The notes: generated by a model from the letters alone, not told the origin. 64,000 bases of DNA from an uncultured Limnohabitans sp. (GCA_964574365.1 CAZNND010000008.1:7121-71120), one strand, 5' to 3'; counted from the first letter of the stretch, positions 47,744 to 58,619 are shown. Numbers and translations are program-made.

Positions 47744-48460
47744 ATGAGTCAGTTGGTAATCGACATCGGAAATTCAAGAATAAAATCAGCGGTATTTGAA
47801 AAAGATCGACTGTTGGGGGAGTACGTTTTCCAGTCTTTGGAGGAAGCGATCGAGTTATGGAAAACAAAGGGTTTTACAAAATGCCTTTTGAGTTCAGTAA
47901 GCTATTCTGAGACAGAATTAATGAATAAACTTCCCTTTGATTTTGATTTTCTGACTCATCAAACGCCTATTCCGCTAAAGAATAGCTATGGAACGCCTGA
48001 TACACTTGGCTTAGATCGATTAGCAGCGGCAGTTGGGGCCTGGCATTTGGCAGGTGGAAGACCTGTTTTGGCGATCGATCTCGGAACTTGCATCACGTAT
48101 GAATTAGTGGACGATCAAGGGGCATACCTTGGAGGCGTGATCAGTCCGGGAATGAAGATGCGCGCGCTGTCTATGGCCCATTTTACTTCCAGGCTTCCTG
48201 AAATTACCCTCACTAATAAGCCAAAAGCCAGCTTTGGAAATTCAACAAGCTCCTGTATGGAAGTAGGAATTTGGCTTGGCATACAATTAGAAGTAGAGGG
48301 ATTTATTTCTTTGTATCGTCAAAAATTTCCCGAAATAGTCATTTATATCTGTGGAGGTGATTCTCAATCTTTTGAATCATTGGTAAAAGACCACATATTT
48401 GTAGTCCCAAATTTGGTTCTGCATGGACTAAATTGCATTCTAAATCACAATGTTGAGTAA
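47744..48460 (+). CDS. coaX: type III pantothenate kinase
   Basis: LVIDIGNSRIK N-terminus, GLDRLAAAVGA and IDLGTCITYE. Confidence 0.9.
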   Translation: MSQLVIDIGNSRIKSAVFEKDRLLGEYVFQSLEEAIELWKTKGFTKCLLSSVSYSETELMNKLPFDFDFLTHQTPIPLKNSYGTPDTLGLDRLAAAVGAWHLAGGRPVLAIDLGTCITYELVDDQGAYLGGVISPGMKMRALSMAHFTSRLPEITLTNKPKASFGNSTSSCMEVGIWLGIQLEVEGFISLYRQKFPEIVIYICGGDSQSFESLVKDHIFVVPNLVLHGLNCILNHNVE

Positions 48461-49733
48461 AACAGGGTTAAAAACGTTGGGTGTTCTATGCACCCTTTTA
48501 TTATTTACTAAGGTAAATGGACAGACAAGCTCTTCCATTTACAGTGCTTTGGGCATTGGTGATTTCAACTATGGTGGACTCACACATAATCAAGGCATGG
48601 GGGGATTGGGAATTAGTTATGCTACTGGCTGGCATGCCAACGTGGTAAATCCCGCATTAACCACGAGAAATACCATTTTTAATTTCCAGGTTGCTCTCAA
48701 CTACAAGCGGATCAATGCCAACAACAGTCAGGAAAGGTCATTGGTTGATGGTGGAGGTCTTTCCTATCTTGCATTTTCATTGCCCCTAAAGTCCGGGAAA
48801 TTTACCGCCGGAATGGGGCTTGGTCAAATTTCAAGTATCAATTACAGGCTCAATGTAAATACCCCTGTAGCCAACTCTGATTTGAGGTCTTCCAATTCTT
48901 TGGAAGGAGATGGAGGAATTTCAGAAACCTACCTAAGCTTTGGTTATCTGCTTGCAAAAAATCTTAGTATTGGACTTCATGGTTCTTATTTATTTGGTTC
49001 ATCTATCCGAACAAGTCAATTATTGATTTTGGATTCTAAAAATGTGGAAGTGGGTAGGCCTTCTGAGTATTACGAAAGAGTAACCGTTTCTGACGTTGGA
49101 CTGAAGGCTGGGATTCATTATTTCTTTAAGACTTCTGAAAAGACGAATCTGCATTTTGGCGCCATCTATCAAAAATTGGGAAATGTTAACGGAACCGCGT
49201 TTGCAAAATTAGCATCTCTTGGACAAGCTGACAGGCCAAATTCAGATGGTGATTTGATAGCTGACAATCAAAAAGGCAGTATTTATATTCCTAATCGATA
49301 CGGAGCAGGGATTACTTTTGAGAAAAACAACAAATTTGTAATTGGCCTAGAAGGGCAATATCAGGATTTTGTCGATTTCAGGAATTTCTTTGGTACTCCG
49401 TTGGCACTTCAGGCAATCAAAAAGGTAGGTCTTGGAATTCAACTAGTCCCGGATTATCTGAATTTTGACAATATTTTGAAAAGATCAACGTATCGTTTTG
49501 GGTTGGAATGGATGCAGACGCCTTATCTATTAAATCAGACGAGTATTAACGATATTGGCATTAACTTTGGGACATCTATACCTGTAAACCAATTGTCTTT
49601 GTTGAACCTCGCATTTAAGGCCGGCCAACGTGGAACACTGGACAATGGGCTGATTCGAGAATCGTATGTAAACATAACTATGGGTCTATCGCTTAATGAC
49701 AACAGCTGGTTCTACAAAAGAGTATTTGAATAA
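48450..49733 (+). CDS. outer-membrane beta-barrel protein of unknown function
   Basis: Signal peptide and alternating beta-strand pattern. 427 aa. Overlaps the coaX stop by 11 nt. Confidence 0.6.
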   Translation: MLSKTGLKTLGVLCTLLLFTKVNGQTSSSIYSALGIGDFNYGGLTHNQGMGGLGISYATGWHANVVNPALTTRNTIFNFQVALNYKRINANNSQERSLVDGGGLSYLAFSLPLKSGKFTAGMGLGQISSINYRLNVNTPVANSDLRSSNSLEGDGGISETYLSFGYLLAKNLSIGLHGSYLFGSSIRTSQLLILDSKNVEVGRPSEYYERVTVSDVGLKAGIHYFFKTSEKTNLHFGAIYQKLGNVNGTAFAKLASLGQADRPNSDGDLIADNQKGSIYIPNRYGAGITFEKNNKFVIGLEGQYQDFVDFRNFFGTPLALQAIKKVGLGIQLVPDYLNFDNILKRSTYRFGLEWMQTPYLLNQTSINDIGINFGTSIPVNQLSLLNLAFKAGQRGTLDNGLIRESYVNITMGLSLNDNSWFYKRVFE

Positions 49734-49802
49734 AAACTGATTAACCAATTAACCAAAAACTGGGTTTTCCCAGAATAAAAACCGAATAAAACCTATACGA
49801 CA

Positions 49803-51104
49803 ATGAAAATTAAATCAACCCTTCTTGTCTTCGGAGCTTTGCTCCTAGCTGGGTTTGCAAAAGCCCAAGATGGCTGGAATTGGCCTGCGGATCCTGCTCA
49901 GCAAGCTAAAGCCAGAGAATTGAATGCGGCCTACACGGATTACATGAAATCAGAACAGTTTGTGGAAGCGACTAGGCCTTTGAATTGGCTTTTAGTCAAT
50001 GTTCCAAATCTGAATGAATCAATCTACATCAATGGTGTAAGCGTGTATAAAGGTGCAGCAGATAAAACTGCGGATGCTGCTCAAAAGCGTATCTACCAAG
50101 ATAGTGTCTTGTCGATTTACTCCAAGAGGGGAGAAATGTTTAACAACACTCAGAAATGGATCGAAAACAAGGCCTATTTCGCATACCAGTTCTTCAAGTT
50201 GGACAAAACCAAATTTTCAGATGTAATCGCCGAATTTGACAAAGCCATTGAATTAAATGGAAATATCAATCACCAATTGGTACCCGCTTATTTTGATCTG
50301 GTGTATAAGAACTACACCTACAATAAGGCCTACACAGGTGAACAGGTTTTAGCGCTTTATGAAAAAGTAAATAAGCTATTAGACAAATCTGCTGCAGCAG
50401 GAAAGGATGTTACAGCCTCCAAGGGTACCGTGGAAAATCTCCTAGTTGCAATGGAGTTGATCAATTGCGAATTCATCGAAAATACTATGGGGCCGAAATT
50501 GATAGCGGATCCTACCAACGAAGAAATTGCTAATCAGATTTTCAAGTACTCTGTTCAATACAAGTGCTACTCTTCAAATTCATTCCTGATGGCCTTGGAA
50601 TTGATTGATTCAAAGAATCCCACGTTCTCAACTTCTCAAGTCAGAGCTATGAAATACATGGCAGCTGGAGATTTTAATAAAGCCCAACCTGTTTGGGAAA
50701 AGGCACTTACCCTTGCGGAAACTGACAAGCAAAAAGGGGAGGTTCAAATGGAGCTAGCAAAGGTTCATACACAAGCTGGAAGAAAATCAGCTGCCCGCGC
50801 TGCAGCTAAAGAAGCTGCCTCCTTGGACGCAGAATTGACAGGCTCAGCCTATTCTTTAATTGGTGATTTGTACATGTCTTCATTCAATGATTGTCGTGGA
50901 GGCGAAAGCCGCGCTAAGGATTACTCCGTATTTATCGCTGCCTATGGAGCTTACCAAAAAGCTGGTGATACCAAAGGCATGGGAAGTGCCCGTTCAAGAT
51001 TCCCTTCCAAAGAAGAATTATTCACCGAAGGTCTTAATCCTGGAACAGCCATCAGCACGGGTTGCTGGGTGGGTGAGACCGTTAGCCTTGCCACAAGGGA
51101 TTAA
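49803..51104 (+). CDS. secreted helical-repeat (TPR-like) hypothetical protein
   Basis: Signal peptide MKIKSTLLVFGALLLAGFAKAQ and an alpha-helical repeat composition. 433 aa. Confidence 0.6.
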   Translation: MKIKSTLLVFGALLLAGFAKAQDGWNWPADPAQQAKARELNAAYTDYMKSEQFVEATRPLNWLLVNVPNLNESIYINGVSVYKGAADKTADAAQKRIYQDSVLSIYSKRGEMFNNTQKWIENKAYFAYQFFKLDKTKFSDVIAEFDKAIELNGNINHQLVPAYFDLVYKNYTYNKAYTGEQVLALYEKVNKLLDKSAAAGKDVTASKGTVENLLVAMELINCEFIENTMGPKLIADPTNEEIANQIFKYSVQYKCYSSNSFLMALELIDSKNPTFSTSQVRAMKYMAAGDFNKAQPVWEKALTLAETDKQKGEVQMELAKVHTQAGRKSAARAAAKEAASLDAELTGSAYSLIGDLYMSSFNDCRGGESRAKDYSVFIAAYGAYQKAGDTKGMGSARSRFPSKEELFTEGLNPGTAISTGCWVGETVSLATRD

Positions 51105-51189
51105 AAGTATCCGAGTATGAATTTAAAGGCAGCCTACTGGTTGCCTTTTTTGGTTTATTTGGTTCCAACAATCCTAGTATCTTTGCCCA

Positions 51190-51735
51190 GTGAAGAAAAA
51201 ACTTGCCATACTTCTTTTTTCTCTTTCTTGTGGACTGATCTTGTCCTGTAGGGAATCTGTTGATCCTACTTCAGTACCCGTTTACGATGGCCCAATGAAT
51301 TCTGCAGTCAATATTCATCTGATTCATAGCGATTCCGCTGTCCTAAGATCTGAAATTATTGCGCCTAAACAATGGGAGTTTTTTAATGGAAATATTGAAT
51401 TTCCTGAGGGCATAGATATCAAAATTTTCACTAAGGAGGGGGTTTTGGAGACCACTCTGCGGGCAGATAGAGGGTATTTTATCCGGGATCAAAACATGTA
51501 TCGTGGAAAAGGCGATGTACAGATTCATAATTTGATTAAAGATCAACGACTTCAAACTGAGGAAATATTTTGGGATCAGTCTCGAAGAAAAATATACACG
51601 GATAAATTTGTTACTATTCAAGAAAAACAAACGCTTTTTAATGGTACAGGAATGGAAGCAGACGATACATTTTCCACGTATCAGCTTAAAAAAGTTAGAG
51701 ACAGTCGCACCTTATTACCTGGTGAAGGCTTATGA
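51190..51735 (+). CDS. lptC: LptC-like LPS export protein (lipoprotein)
   Basis: 181 aa, lipobox ILSC, OstA-like beta-jellyroll pattern (GDVQIHN...LQTEEIFWDQSRRKIYTDKFVTI). The context with the downstream small membrane protein and CNNM gene is what I would expect in Bacteroidetes. Confidence 0.6.
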   Translation: MKKKLAILLFSLSCGLILSCRESVDPTSVPVYDGPMNSAVNIHLIHSDSAVLRSEIIAPKQWEFFNGNIEFPEGIDIKIFTKEGVLETTLRADRGYFIRDQNMYRGKGDVQIHNLIKDQRLQTEEIFWDQSRRKIYTDKFVTIQEKQTLFNGTGMEADDTFSTYQLKKVRDSRTLLPGEGL

Positions 51736-51944
51736 AACTGATTGATGTAATACTGCTGTCTCTTTCTCTTGCGCTCATTGTTGTAGGAATTCATCAAACC
51801 CTAGTGCATGGAATTGGATCTGCTTACGCTATATTCATGTTTGCGGTGGGACTTTTGTTTTGGTTTCAATTGAGAAGACATCAGGGGAATGAATCAACGG
51901 CGCCTACTCAGCAAAAACCAAATAAATCAAAAAAGAAAAAATGA
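51732..51944 (+). CDS. small 2-TM membrane protein
   Basis: 70 aa with two hydrophobic helices and a Lys-rich tail. Start and stop are translationally coupled to both neighbours (4-nt overlaps). Confidence 0.5.
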   Translation: MKLIDVILLSLSLALIVVGIHQTLVHGIGSAYAIFMFAVGLLFWFQLRRHQGNESTAPTQQKPNKSKKKK

Positions 51945-53227
51945 TCATGGAGGCTTCCTACCTGTTTTATGTGTTGATTACCCTACTTTTTTCCGCATTT
52001 TTTTCCGGAATTGAAATAGCTTACATCTCTGCCAATAAATTGCAAATCGAACTTCAAAAAAAGCAGGGATTACTTAGCGGTAAAGTGCTAAGTAAATTTA
52101 TGCAGTACCCGGGTCAGTTTATCGGTACCACATTGATTGGAAATACCATCATGTTGGTGCTTTATGGTATATTTATGGCTTTTTTACTTGATCAACCCTT
52201 GCGGTCAATTTTCCCTCAATCCTTTTCCAACGAAGCAGTTATTTTGATTTCCCAAATCATCCTTTCGACTATCTTGGTATTGATTGCTGGGGAGTTTTTA
52301 CCCAAAAGTTTTTTTATGCTCAATCCAAACCGGATGTTGAATTTTTTTGCTTTGCCTTTTTTAATAATTTATTACCTAATGTATCCGATTGTTTGGCTAA
52401 TAGTAGGGCTTTCCCGATTGTTTATCATCAAAATACTCAGGTTGGACTATAACGAGGAAAGGCCTGTTTTTACAATCACGGACCTCAATTCCTTCATAAA
52501 GGACCAAATGCGTCAAGATCGTACTCCGGGGAAAGTTGAAATTGACTCTAAAATTTTTGACAATGCCGTAGAATTCAAAACCGTAAAAGTCAGGGAATGT
52601 ATGGTTCCCCGCACTGATATTGTGGCAGTGGAGGTAGATGATTCAGTAGATGAGCTTAAAAAAATATTTGAGGAGAGTGGACATTCCAAAGTCATCGTTT
52701 ATCGGGAATCCATTGATGAGGTAATCGGATATTGCCATCATCTAGAGCTATTTAAAAAACCGAAAACCATAGAGGATATATTGACTCCTATTATCATTGC
52801 TCCTGAATCTGCCTTGGCAAATGAATTGCTTATTCAATTTATTCAAGAACGTAAAAGTTTGGCCTTGGTAGTAGATGAGTTTGGTGGAACTAGCGGGATT
52901 GTATCCATGGAAGATATCATTGAGGAGATTTTTGGTGAAATAGATGATGAATTCGATAACGAGGCACTTACGGAACAGCTGATTGGAGACCAAGAATATT
53001 TGTTAAGTGCTAGGCTTGAAATAGATTATCTCAATGATAAATATGGCTGGAATTTGCCTTATGGAGATTTTGAGACCCTTTCTGGTTTTATCCTTTCACT
53101 CACAGAAAATCTTCCAAATAAAGGTGAAACGATTACTTATGGGACATTTATGTTTACCATCATGTCCAAGCAGGACCATCGAATTGAGACAGTACGTCTG
53201 AAAATCAATAACTCGGATATTTTTTAG
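51941..53227 (+). CDS. CNNM/HlyC-CorC family membrane protein (DUF21, CBS pair, CorC_HlyC; GldE-like)
   Basis: 428 aa. An N-terminal 4-TM DUF21, a CBS pair (VRECMVPRTDIVAV...), and a C-terminal transporter-associated domain. Confidence 0.8.
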   Translation: MIMEASYLFYVLITLLFSAFFSGIEIAYISANKLQIELQKKQGLLSGKVLSKFMQYPGQFIGTTLIGNTIMLVLYGIFMAFLLDQPLRSIFPQSFSNEAVILISQIILSTILVLIAGEFLPKSFFMLNPNRMLNFFALPFLIIYYLMYPIVWLIVGLSRLFIIKILRLDYNEERPVFTITDLNSFIKDQMRQDRTPGKVEIDSKIFDNAVEFKTVKVRECMVPRTDIVAVEVDDSVDELKKIFEESGHSKVIVYRESIDEVIGYCHHLELFKKPKTIEDILTPIIIAPESALANELLIQFIQERKSLALVVDEFGGTSGIVSMEDIIEEIFGEIDDEFDNEALTEQLIGDQEYLLSARLEIDYLNDKYGWNLPYGDFETLSGFILSLTENLPNKGETITYGTFMFTIMSKQDHRIETVRLKINNSDIF

Positions 53228-53312
53228 TATAGACAATGTTAGTGGCGAAATTTTGAATTTCGCCTCTAATCCTATTATTTTGCGACACTTCAAAAAAAGC
53301 GTACTAACTACA

Positions 53313-55421
53313 ATGGCGTTAATTAAGGAAATAAGACAGCGAACAGGTCTTGCAATCGGTGTAATCGCCGGCGGTTTGATTCTATTTCTCTTGGGTGGGG
53401 ATTTGTTAAACCCAAATTCGACCTTGCTGAATACCAATCAAAATATCGTTGGGGAAATTGCAGGTGAGGAAATTACCCTAGAGGAATTTGCCCAAAAGGT
53501 CGAGGAATTTAAGGGCTCATTTCAACAGCGGACAGGAAGGCTTCCTTCCGAACCTGAAATGGTTTCCGTCCGGGAACAAGCTTGGCAGGCCATGATTGTG
53601 GAACGGGTATTCGATGAAGAATATGAAAAATTAGGACTATCAGTTTCCAATGCTGAATTGGTCGATATGGTTCAAGGGAAAAATATTGTTCCAGAACTTC
53701 GTGCGCAACTGACCAACCCGCAAACAGGACAGTTCGACAAAAACCAATTAATCACATTTCTTCAATCCTTAGAAACAGCTGATCCAGGACAACAAGCATT
53801 TTGGGCACAACAAGAAAAGCTTTATGCCCAATCCAGAAATCGTGTCAAATATGACAACTTGTTGGCTACATCAGAATATGCCACAACGGCTGAGGCAAAA
53901 CTTGAGCACAAATCATCCACAACCGTAGCCGATGCTTCTGTTCTTTTTATTCCCTATTATGCGATTCCCGACGGGGATGTTGTTTTAAATGACAGTGATC
54001 TTTCGGCCTACTTCTCCAAGAATCAAGAAAAATTCAAGGTGGGTAACACAGCTAATCTGGAATATGTTTCATTTAGTATTTTGCCAAGTGGAGAGGATTC
54101 TGCAGCTGTAATTTCTAGAATTACAGAATTGACCGAGCAGTTGAAAACTATAGAAAATGATTCGGTTTTTGTTAGTCAAAACTCTGAAATTCAAGCTCCC
54201 TACCTTACAATAGCTCCCGGAGATCAGTTGCCTGCTTCCCTTACCGGTAATGTTGAACAATTTGTGCAAGGTGAAACATATGGGCCTTTTATCACAACTA
54301 ATTCTTCTTATGTTTCTTATAAGATAAGTAATCAGTATGACGGAACCCCTAAGATGAGAGCTTCCCATATTCTATTTAGTACTGAGGGGATGGATGAGAC
54401 TGGCAAAGCTTCTGTAAAAGAACAAGCTGCTAAAGTATTGTCAGATATTAAAGCAGGTGGCAGTTTTGCTGAAGCAGCAAGACAATATGGCCAAGATGGT
54501 ACTGCTCAAAACGGGGGTGATTTAGGTTGGTTTGCCAAGGCTGATTTTGTTGAACCTTTCGCAATTGCAGCTTATGCTGCCAAATCCAAAGGATTATTAT
54601 CCAATGTGGTTGAAACTGAATATGGTTTTCATATCATCGAAGTGACTGAGCTTCCAAGTTCCAAATACACGAAGCTTGCAGTTTTAGAGCTGGAATTAGT
54701 TGCGTCTGATAGGACAAGGAATGATGCCTTTAGAAATGCGGATTCGTTTGGTGCGGAAAGTGGCAATCGAAATGAGTTTACCGAAAATGCAACCGATAAA
54801 GGATATCGAATCCTTCAGGCCAACAACGTAGATGCTACTTCGCGTAACATTAACAACATTGCTAATGCAAGAGAGGTTGTCATCTGGGCCTTCGGAGATG
54901 CATCCACAGGAGAGGTATCACCTGTTTTTGAATTGGATAACACCTATATCGTTGCCACTTTAGTCAGTAGAAAAGAAGAAGGAAAGGCAAAGCTTGATGA
55001 TGTAAAAGACCAAATTAGACAATTGGTCTTAAATGAAAAGAAAGCAGCAATGATTAAGGAAAAGCTTGCCGGTAAAAATACTATAGAGGAGATGAAGGCT
55101 GTTTTTCCAGATGCTTCTTTGAACGAGGTTCCTGGTCTCAAATTGAATACTTCCGTAATCCCAGGAATAGGTTTTGCACCAAAGGCAATTGGTTCCATAT
55201 TTGGTTTAAAAACCAATGGACAACTAACTCAGCCTGTGCAAGAAGATATTGGCGTAGTTGTAGGCAAATTAAATAATCTTATCCCAGCAGGGGAAATTGG
55301 AGACTATACCTCCTATCAAGCTCAATTGACACAGAGCGCTTCCCAGCGGATGTCTTATCAGATAATGATGGCTCTGCAAGATTTGGCAAAAGTAAAAGAC
55401 TATAGATACAAATATTTCTAA
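53313..55421 (+). CDS. PpiD/SurA-like periplasmic chaperone with parvulin PPIase domain
   Basis: N-terminal membrane anchor (GLAIGVIAGGLILFLLGG) and a parvulin motif (RASHILF...GGDLGWF...FHIIEV). ATG 53313 is preferred over the track start at 53253. Confidence 0.8.
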   Translation: MALIKEIRQRTGLAIGVIAGGLILFLLGGDLLNPNSTLLNTNQNIVGEIAGEEITLEEFAQKVEEFKGSFQQRTGRLPSEPEMVSVREQAWQAMIVERVFDEEYEKLGLSVSNAELVDMVQGKNIVPELRAQLTNPQTGQFDKNQLITFLQSLETADPGQQAFWAQQEKLYAQSRNRVKYDNLLATSEYATTAEAKLEHKSSTTVADASVLFIPYYAIPDGDVVLNDSDLSAYFSKNQEKFKVGNTANLEYVSFSILPSGEDSAAVISRITELTEQLKTIENDSVFVSQNSEIQAPYLTIAPGDQLPASLTGNVEQFVQGETYGPFITTNSSYVSYKISNQYDGTPKMRASHILFSTEGMDETGKASVKEQAAKVLSDIKAGGSFAEAARQYGQDGTAQNGGDLGWFAKADFVEPFAIAAYAAKSKGLLSNVVETEYGFHIIEVTELPSSKYTKLAVLELELVASDRTRNDAFRNADSFGAESGNRNEFTENATDKGYRILQANNVDATSRNINNIANAREVVIWAFGDASTGEVSPVFELDNTYIVATLVSRKEEGKAKLDDVKDQIRQLVLNEKKAAMIKEKLAGKNTIEEMKAVFPDASLNEVPGLKLNTSVIPGIGFAPKAIGSIFGLKTNGQLTQPVQEDIGVVVGKLNNLIPAGEIGDYTSYQAQLTQSASQRMSYQIMMALQDLAKVKDYRYKYF

Positions 55422-55434
55422 TCATAATTTTCTG

Positions 55435-55467
55435 AAACCCATGCCGAAAGTCATGGGTTTTTCGTTT
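55435..55467 (+). terminator. rho-independent terminator after the ppiD-like gene
   Basis: AAACCCATG-CCGAAAGT-CATGGGTTT followed by TTCGTTTCTT. Confidence 0.7.
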
Positions 55468-55488
55468 CTTGAGGAATTGGTTTCAGAG

Positions 55489-55755
55489 ATGGAAAACAAA
55501 CTTGACAGGACTGAATTTAAGCAAAAATTGGAGGCAGTGGGTGAATTCCCCATGATATATCTGTTTAAATTCATTGTACCTTCTGGAAAAGAAATAGCTA
55601 TTGAGAAACTTTTTCCAAATAAGGAGGTAATTCTTAAGCCAAGTAGTGGGGGGAAATATGTGAGTGCCACCATTCAAATGGTAGTAGAAAGTGCAGATTA
55701 TGTAATTGCGATCTACGAAGAGGTTGCTCAAATCGAAGGGGTTATTTCGCTTTAA
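55489..55755 (+). CDS. DUF493 (YbeD-like) protein
   Basis: FPMIYLFKFIVPSGKE and KPSSGGKYVSATI patterns. ATG 55489 was chosen because the track start at 55441 lies inside the upstream terminator hairpin. Confidence 0.65.
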   Translation: MENKLDRTEFKQKLEAVGEFPMIYLFKFIVPSGKEIAIEKLFPNKEVILKPSSGGKYVSATIQMVVESADYVIAIYEEVAQIEGVISL

Positions 55756-55765
55756 ATTCAATGCT

Positions 55766-55999
55766 ATGTGGGTAGAGGAAAACAACATCCTGACAAAGAA
55801 ATTTATCTTTAAAGACTTCAGGGAAGCATTTGCTTTTATGACTCGAGTGGCATTTTTGGCTGAAGAGCATAATCATCATCCCAATTGGAGCAATGTTTAT
55901 AATTCGGTTGAAATTGGGCTCACTACCCACGATGAAGGAAATATAGTTACAGAAAAAGACAGGAAATTGGCTGAAGCAATAGACCAGATTTTTTCATGA
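55766..55999 (+). CDS. pterin-4-alpha-carbinolamine dehydratase
   Basis: FKDFREAFAFMTRVAFLAEEHNHHPNW...V...LTTHD signature. 77 aa from ATG 55766. Confidence 0.85.
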   Translation: MWVEENNILTKKFIFKDFREAFAFMTRVAFLAEEHNHHPNWSNVYNSVEIGLTTHDEGNIVTEKDRKLAEAIDQIFS

Positions 56000-56745
56000 G
56001 TAACCCACAAATCAGTCTTTTTTTAATTCCGACACCCATAGGAAATCTTAAGGATATTACGCTTAGAGCTATTGAACTATTGAAGTCTGTCGATGTTGTC
56101 CTTGCTGAAGATACAAGAACAAGTGCCATCCTACTCAAGCATCTACAGATTTCTAAGAGTCTTCAAAGCTACCATAGTTTCAATGAGCATAAGGCCGTTG
56201 AGAAATTGGTGGATCGGATGAAGCGAGGTGAGGTTTTTGCCTTGGTTAGTGATGCTGGCACCCCGGCAATTTCAGATCCAGGGTTTTTATTGGTAAGAGA
56301 GGTCCTTGCCGCTGGCCTGGAAGTTCAATGCCTTCCCGGTCCTACCGCATTTGTTCCCGCCCTAGTCAATAGCGGTTTACCAAATGACCGATTTATATTT
56401 GAAGGCTTCTTGCCCCATAAAAAAGGGAGAAAGTCGAGATTGGAATCCCTGGTAAATGAACTACGAACGATGATTTTTTATGAGTCTCCCCATCGATTGG
56501 AAAAGACACTCGAACAGCTTGCAGAAGTATTTGGAGCCGAGCGGCAGGCTTGCGTTTCCAGGGAGCTCACTAAAGTCCATGAAGAAAATATACGAGGGAG
56601 CCTTGTCGAACTTCTTGAGTATTACAAAACCCATCCCTTGAAAGGTGAAATTGTCTTGGTTGTGGCAGGTCGTCCTGAAATTAAAGAAACCAGGGAGGAA
56701 AAGCAGGAGAGAAAGAAGGCCGATTGGGATAGAAAACGAGAATAG
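55996..56745 (+). CDS. rsmI: 16S rRNA (cytidine1402-2'-O)-methyltransferase
   Basis: LFLIPTPIGNLKDITLRA N-terminus, EDTR and SDAGTPAISDPG. Confidence 0.9.
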   Translation: MSNPQISLFLIPTPIGNLKDITLRAIELLKSVDVVLAEDTRTSAILLKHLQISKSLQSYHSFNEHKAVEKLVDRMKRGEVFALVSDAGTPAISDPGFLLVREVLAAGLEVQCLPGPTAFVPALVNSGLPNDRFIFEGFLPHKKGRKSRLESLVNELRTMIFYESPHRLEKTLEQLAEVFGAERQACVSRELTKVHEENIRGSLVELLEYYKTHPLKGEIVLVVAGRPEIKETREEKQERKKADWDRKRE

Positions 56746-56831
56746 AGCTTAGGATTTGGTTTTAGCATAATAAGAGAAGAACAGACAAGAAATAGGATAT
56801 TGTTTCTAAACATTCAAATTACTACCTACCT

Positions 56832-57635
56832 ATGATTTACTACGAAACGCTTACTCGACTTTTAGGTCAAACCCAAGAAATCGCCAAGGAGGTTGGGGCT
56901 TTTATCAGGAAGGAAAGGCAGCATTTCGATAGACAGCAGGTGGAGCACAAAGGCTTCAATGACCTGGTGTCCTATGTGGATAAGGAAGCAGAAAGGCAAA
57001 TAGTTGAAAAACTTCAAGGTATTTTTCCAGAGGCAGGATTTATCACCGAGGAAGGCACCAATACTTCAAGAGGCGAAATATTTAATTGGGTAATCGATCC
57101 CTTAGATGGTACAACCAATTTTATCCATGGCATTCCGATTTTTTCGGTCAGTATTGCCTTAATGGAAAGAGAGCGGGTTATCCTAGGCGTGGTGTATGAA
57201 GTAAACCGCGACGAATGTTTTTATGCGATGGAAAAGAGAGGGGCCTTTTGTAATGGTACACCTATCTGTGTTAGTTCCGCACCGGATCTTTCAGCCTCCT
57301 TGATTTCTACTGGATTTCCCTACTATAATTTTGAATTGATTGACAAATATCTTAATTCCATGAAGTCTCTGATGCAAAAAACCCATGGTATTAGACGCTT
57401 GGGTTCAGCCGCTGTGGACCTATGTTATGTTGCTTGCGGTCGTACAGAAGGATTCTTCGAATACAATCTGAATTCTTATGATGTGGCAGCAGGGGCGCTT
57501 ATTGTTCAGGAGGCAGGTGGAAAGGTGACTGATTTTTCAGGAGAAGGGGATTATATTTTCGGTCGGAAAATCGTGGCTAGTAACTTGTTGATTCATACAG
57601 ATTTTTTGGCTGTTTTGAATGAGTTTTGGAAGTAA
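56832..57635 (+). CDS. inositol monophosphatase family protein (SuhB-like)
   Basis: WVIDPLDGTTNF and the GSAAVDLCYVACGR motifs. Confidence 0.85.
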   Translation: MIYYETLTRLLGQTQEIAKEVGAFIRKERQHFDRQQVEHKGFNDLVSYVDKEAERQIVEKLQGIFPEAGFITEEGTNTSRGEIFNWVIDPLDGTTNFIHGIPIFSVSIALMERERVILGVVYEVNRDECFYAMEKRGAFCNGTPICVSSAPDLSASLISTGFPYYNFELIDKYLNSMKSLMQKTHGIRRLGSAAVDLCYVACGRTEGFFEYNLNSYDVAAGALIVQEAGGKVTDFSGEGDYIFGRKIVASNLLIHTDFLAVLNEFWK

Positions 57636-57636
57636 T

Positions 57637-58545
57637 TCAGCCCAATAAATAATACCAAAGAGCGATTGAAAGGGCAGAAATAGGCATTCCAAGTCCTGAG
57701 AGCAACGTTGCCAATTTGGGCTGAAGACCAAATTGGATGGCAATGATTGACCCAGTAATCATCGGAGCCATGCCACTCTCGAGCACGGTCACTTTGAATT
57801 CAAGAGAATTCTTTTCCAAGAAGAAGGAATATACCAACCAAACCAATGCTGGCGCAAAAATCAGCCGGTAGACAAGCCCATACCAAAAAAAGCGGGAGGA
57901 TATGGATTTGAGGTCCACAGAAAATCTCAAACCAATCACCAAAAGCGCCATCGGAGGCATGGTTTTTCCGATCAAGCGAAGTATCGGGACAATTTCTGCA
58001 GGGGTCGGAATATCAAGAATTCCCATGATAAGAGTTCCAATCAAAAAACCAAAGGGAGGGAATTTGATGATTTTAATTGGAACCTTTCTAAGGCTTTCGC
58101 TGTGATCTCCGTAAAGTGAGCCTACCAAAATTGATAACGAAGAAACCAGCAAAAAAGACCCCCCCTGATCAATTAGGAGAGCTGTTGGTAATCCTTCTTT
58201 TCCATATAAATTTTCAATGATTGGAAATCCTAAAAATGAGGTATTGGCCAAACCGGATACAATGATCAGGCATCCTGTGACATTTCTTCCCCAATTCAAT
58301 TTTTTTCCCAGTGTTCCAAAAATTGCCCAGGAAAGAAAGAATGTGAACCAAGCTGCAGAGATTGGAATCAAAAGGTTCCAAGAAGGTTGAATTCCGGGGA
58401 TATAGAGTAATGCCAGTGTAGGCAGCACCACATAGATGAGGTAGGATTGGACTATGTTGGCAAATTGCTTTGCTCTTAAACTCGAAAATTTTTGTAGGGC
58501 TAAGCCCAAAAACAAAAAACCACAGGCGATAAAAATTGCCGTCAT
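57637..58545 (-). CDS. AEC (auxin efflux carrier) family transporter
   Basis: 302-aa polytopic membrane protein with about 10 predicted TM helices. Family assignment is from overall pattern only. Confidence 0.65.
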   Translation of the reverse strand: MTAIFIACGFLFLGLALQKFSSLRAKQFANIVQSYLIYVVLPTLALLYIPGIQPSWNLLIPISAAWFTFFLSWAIFGTLGKKLNWGRNVTGCLIIVSGLANTSFLGFPIIENLYGKEGLPTALLIDQGGSFLLVSSLSILVGSLYGDHSESLRKVPIKIIKFPPFGFLIGTLIMGILDIPTPAEIVPILRLIGKTMPPMALLVIGLRFSVDLKSISSRFFWYGLVYRLIFAPALVWLVYSFFLEKNSLEFKVTVLESGMAPMITGSIIAIQFGLQPKLATLLSGLGMPISALSIALWYYLLG

Positions 58546-58619
58546 TTTAATCTCGTATTTGACCTATTCGTGATCAACTTAGGAATAATTTTGCAATTTA
58601 TTTTTCTCCCTGAATATCA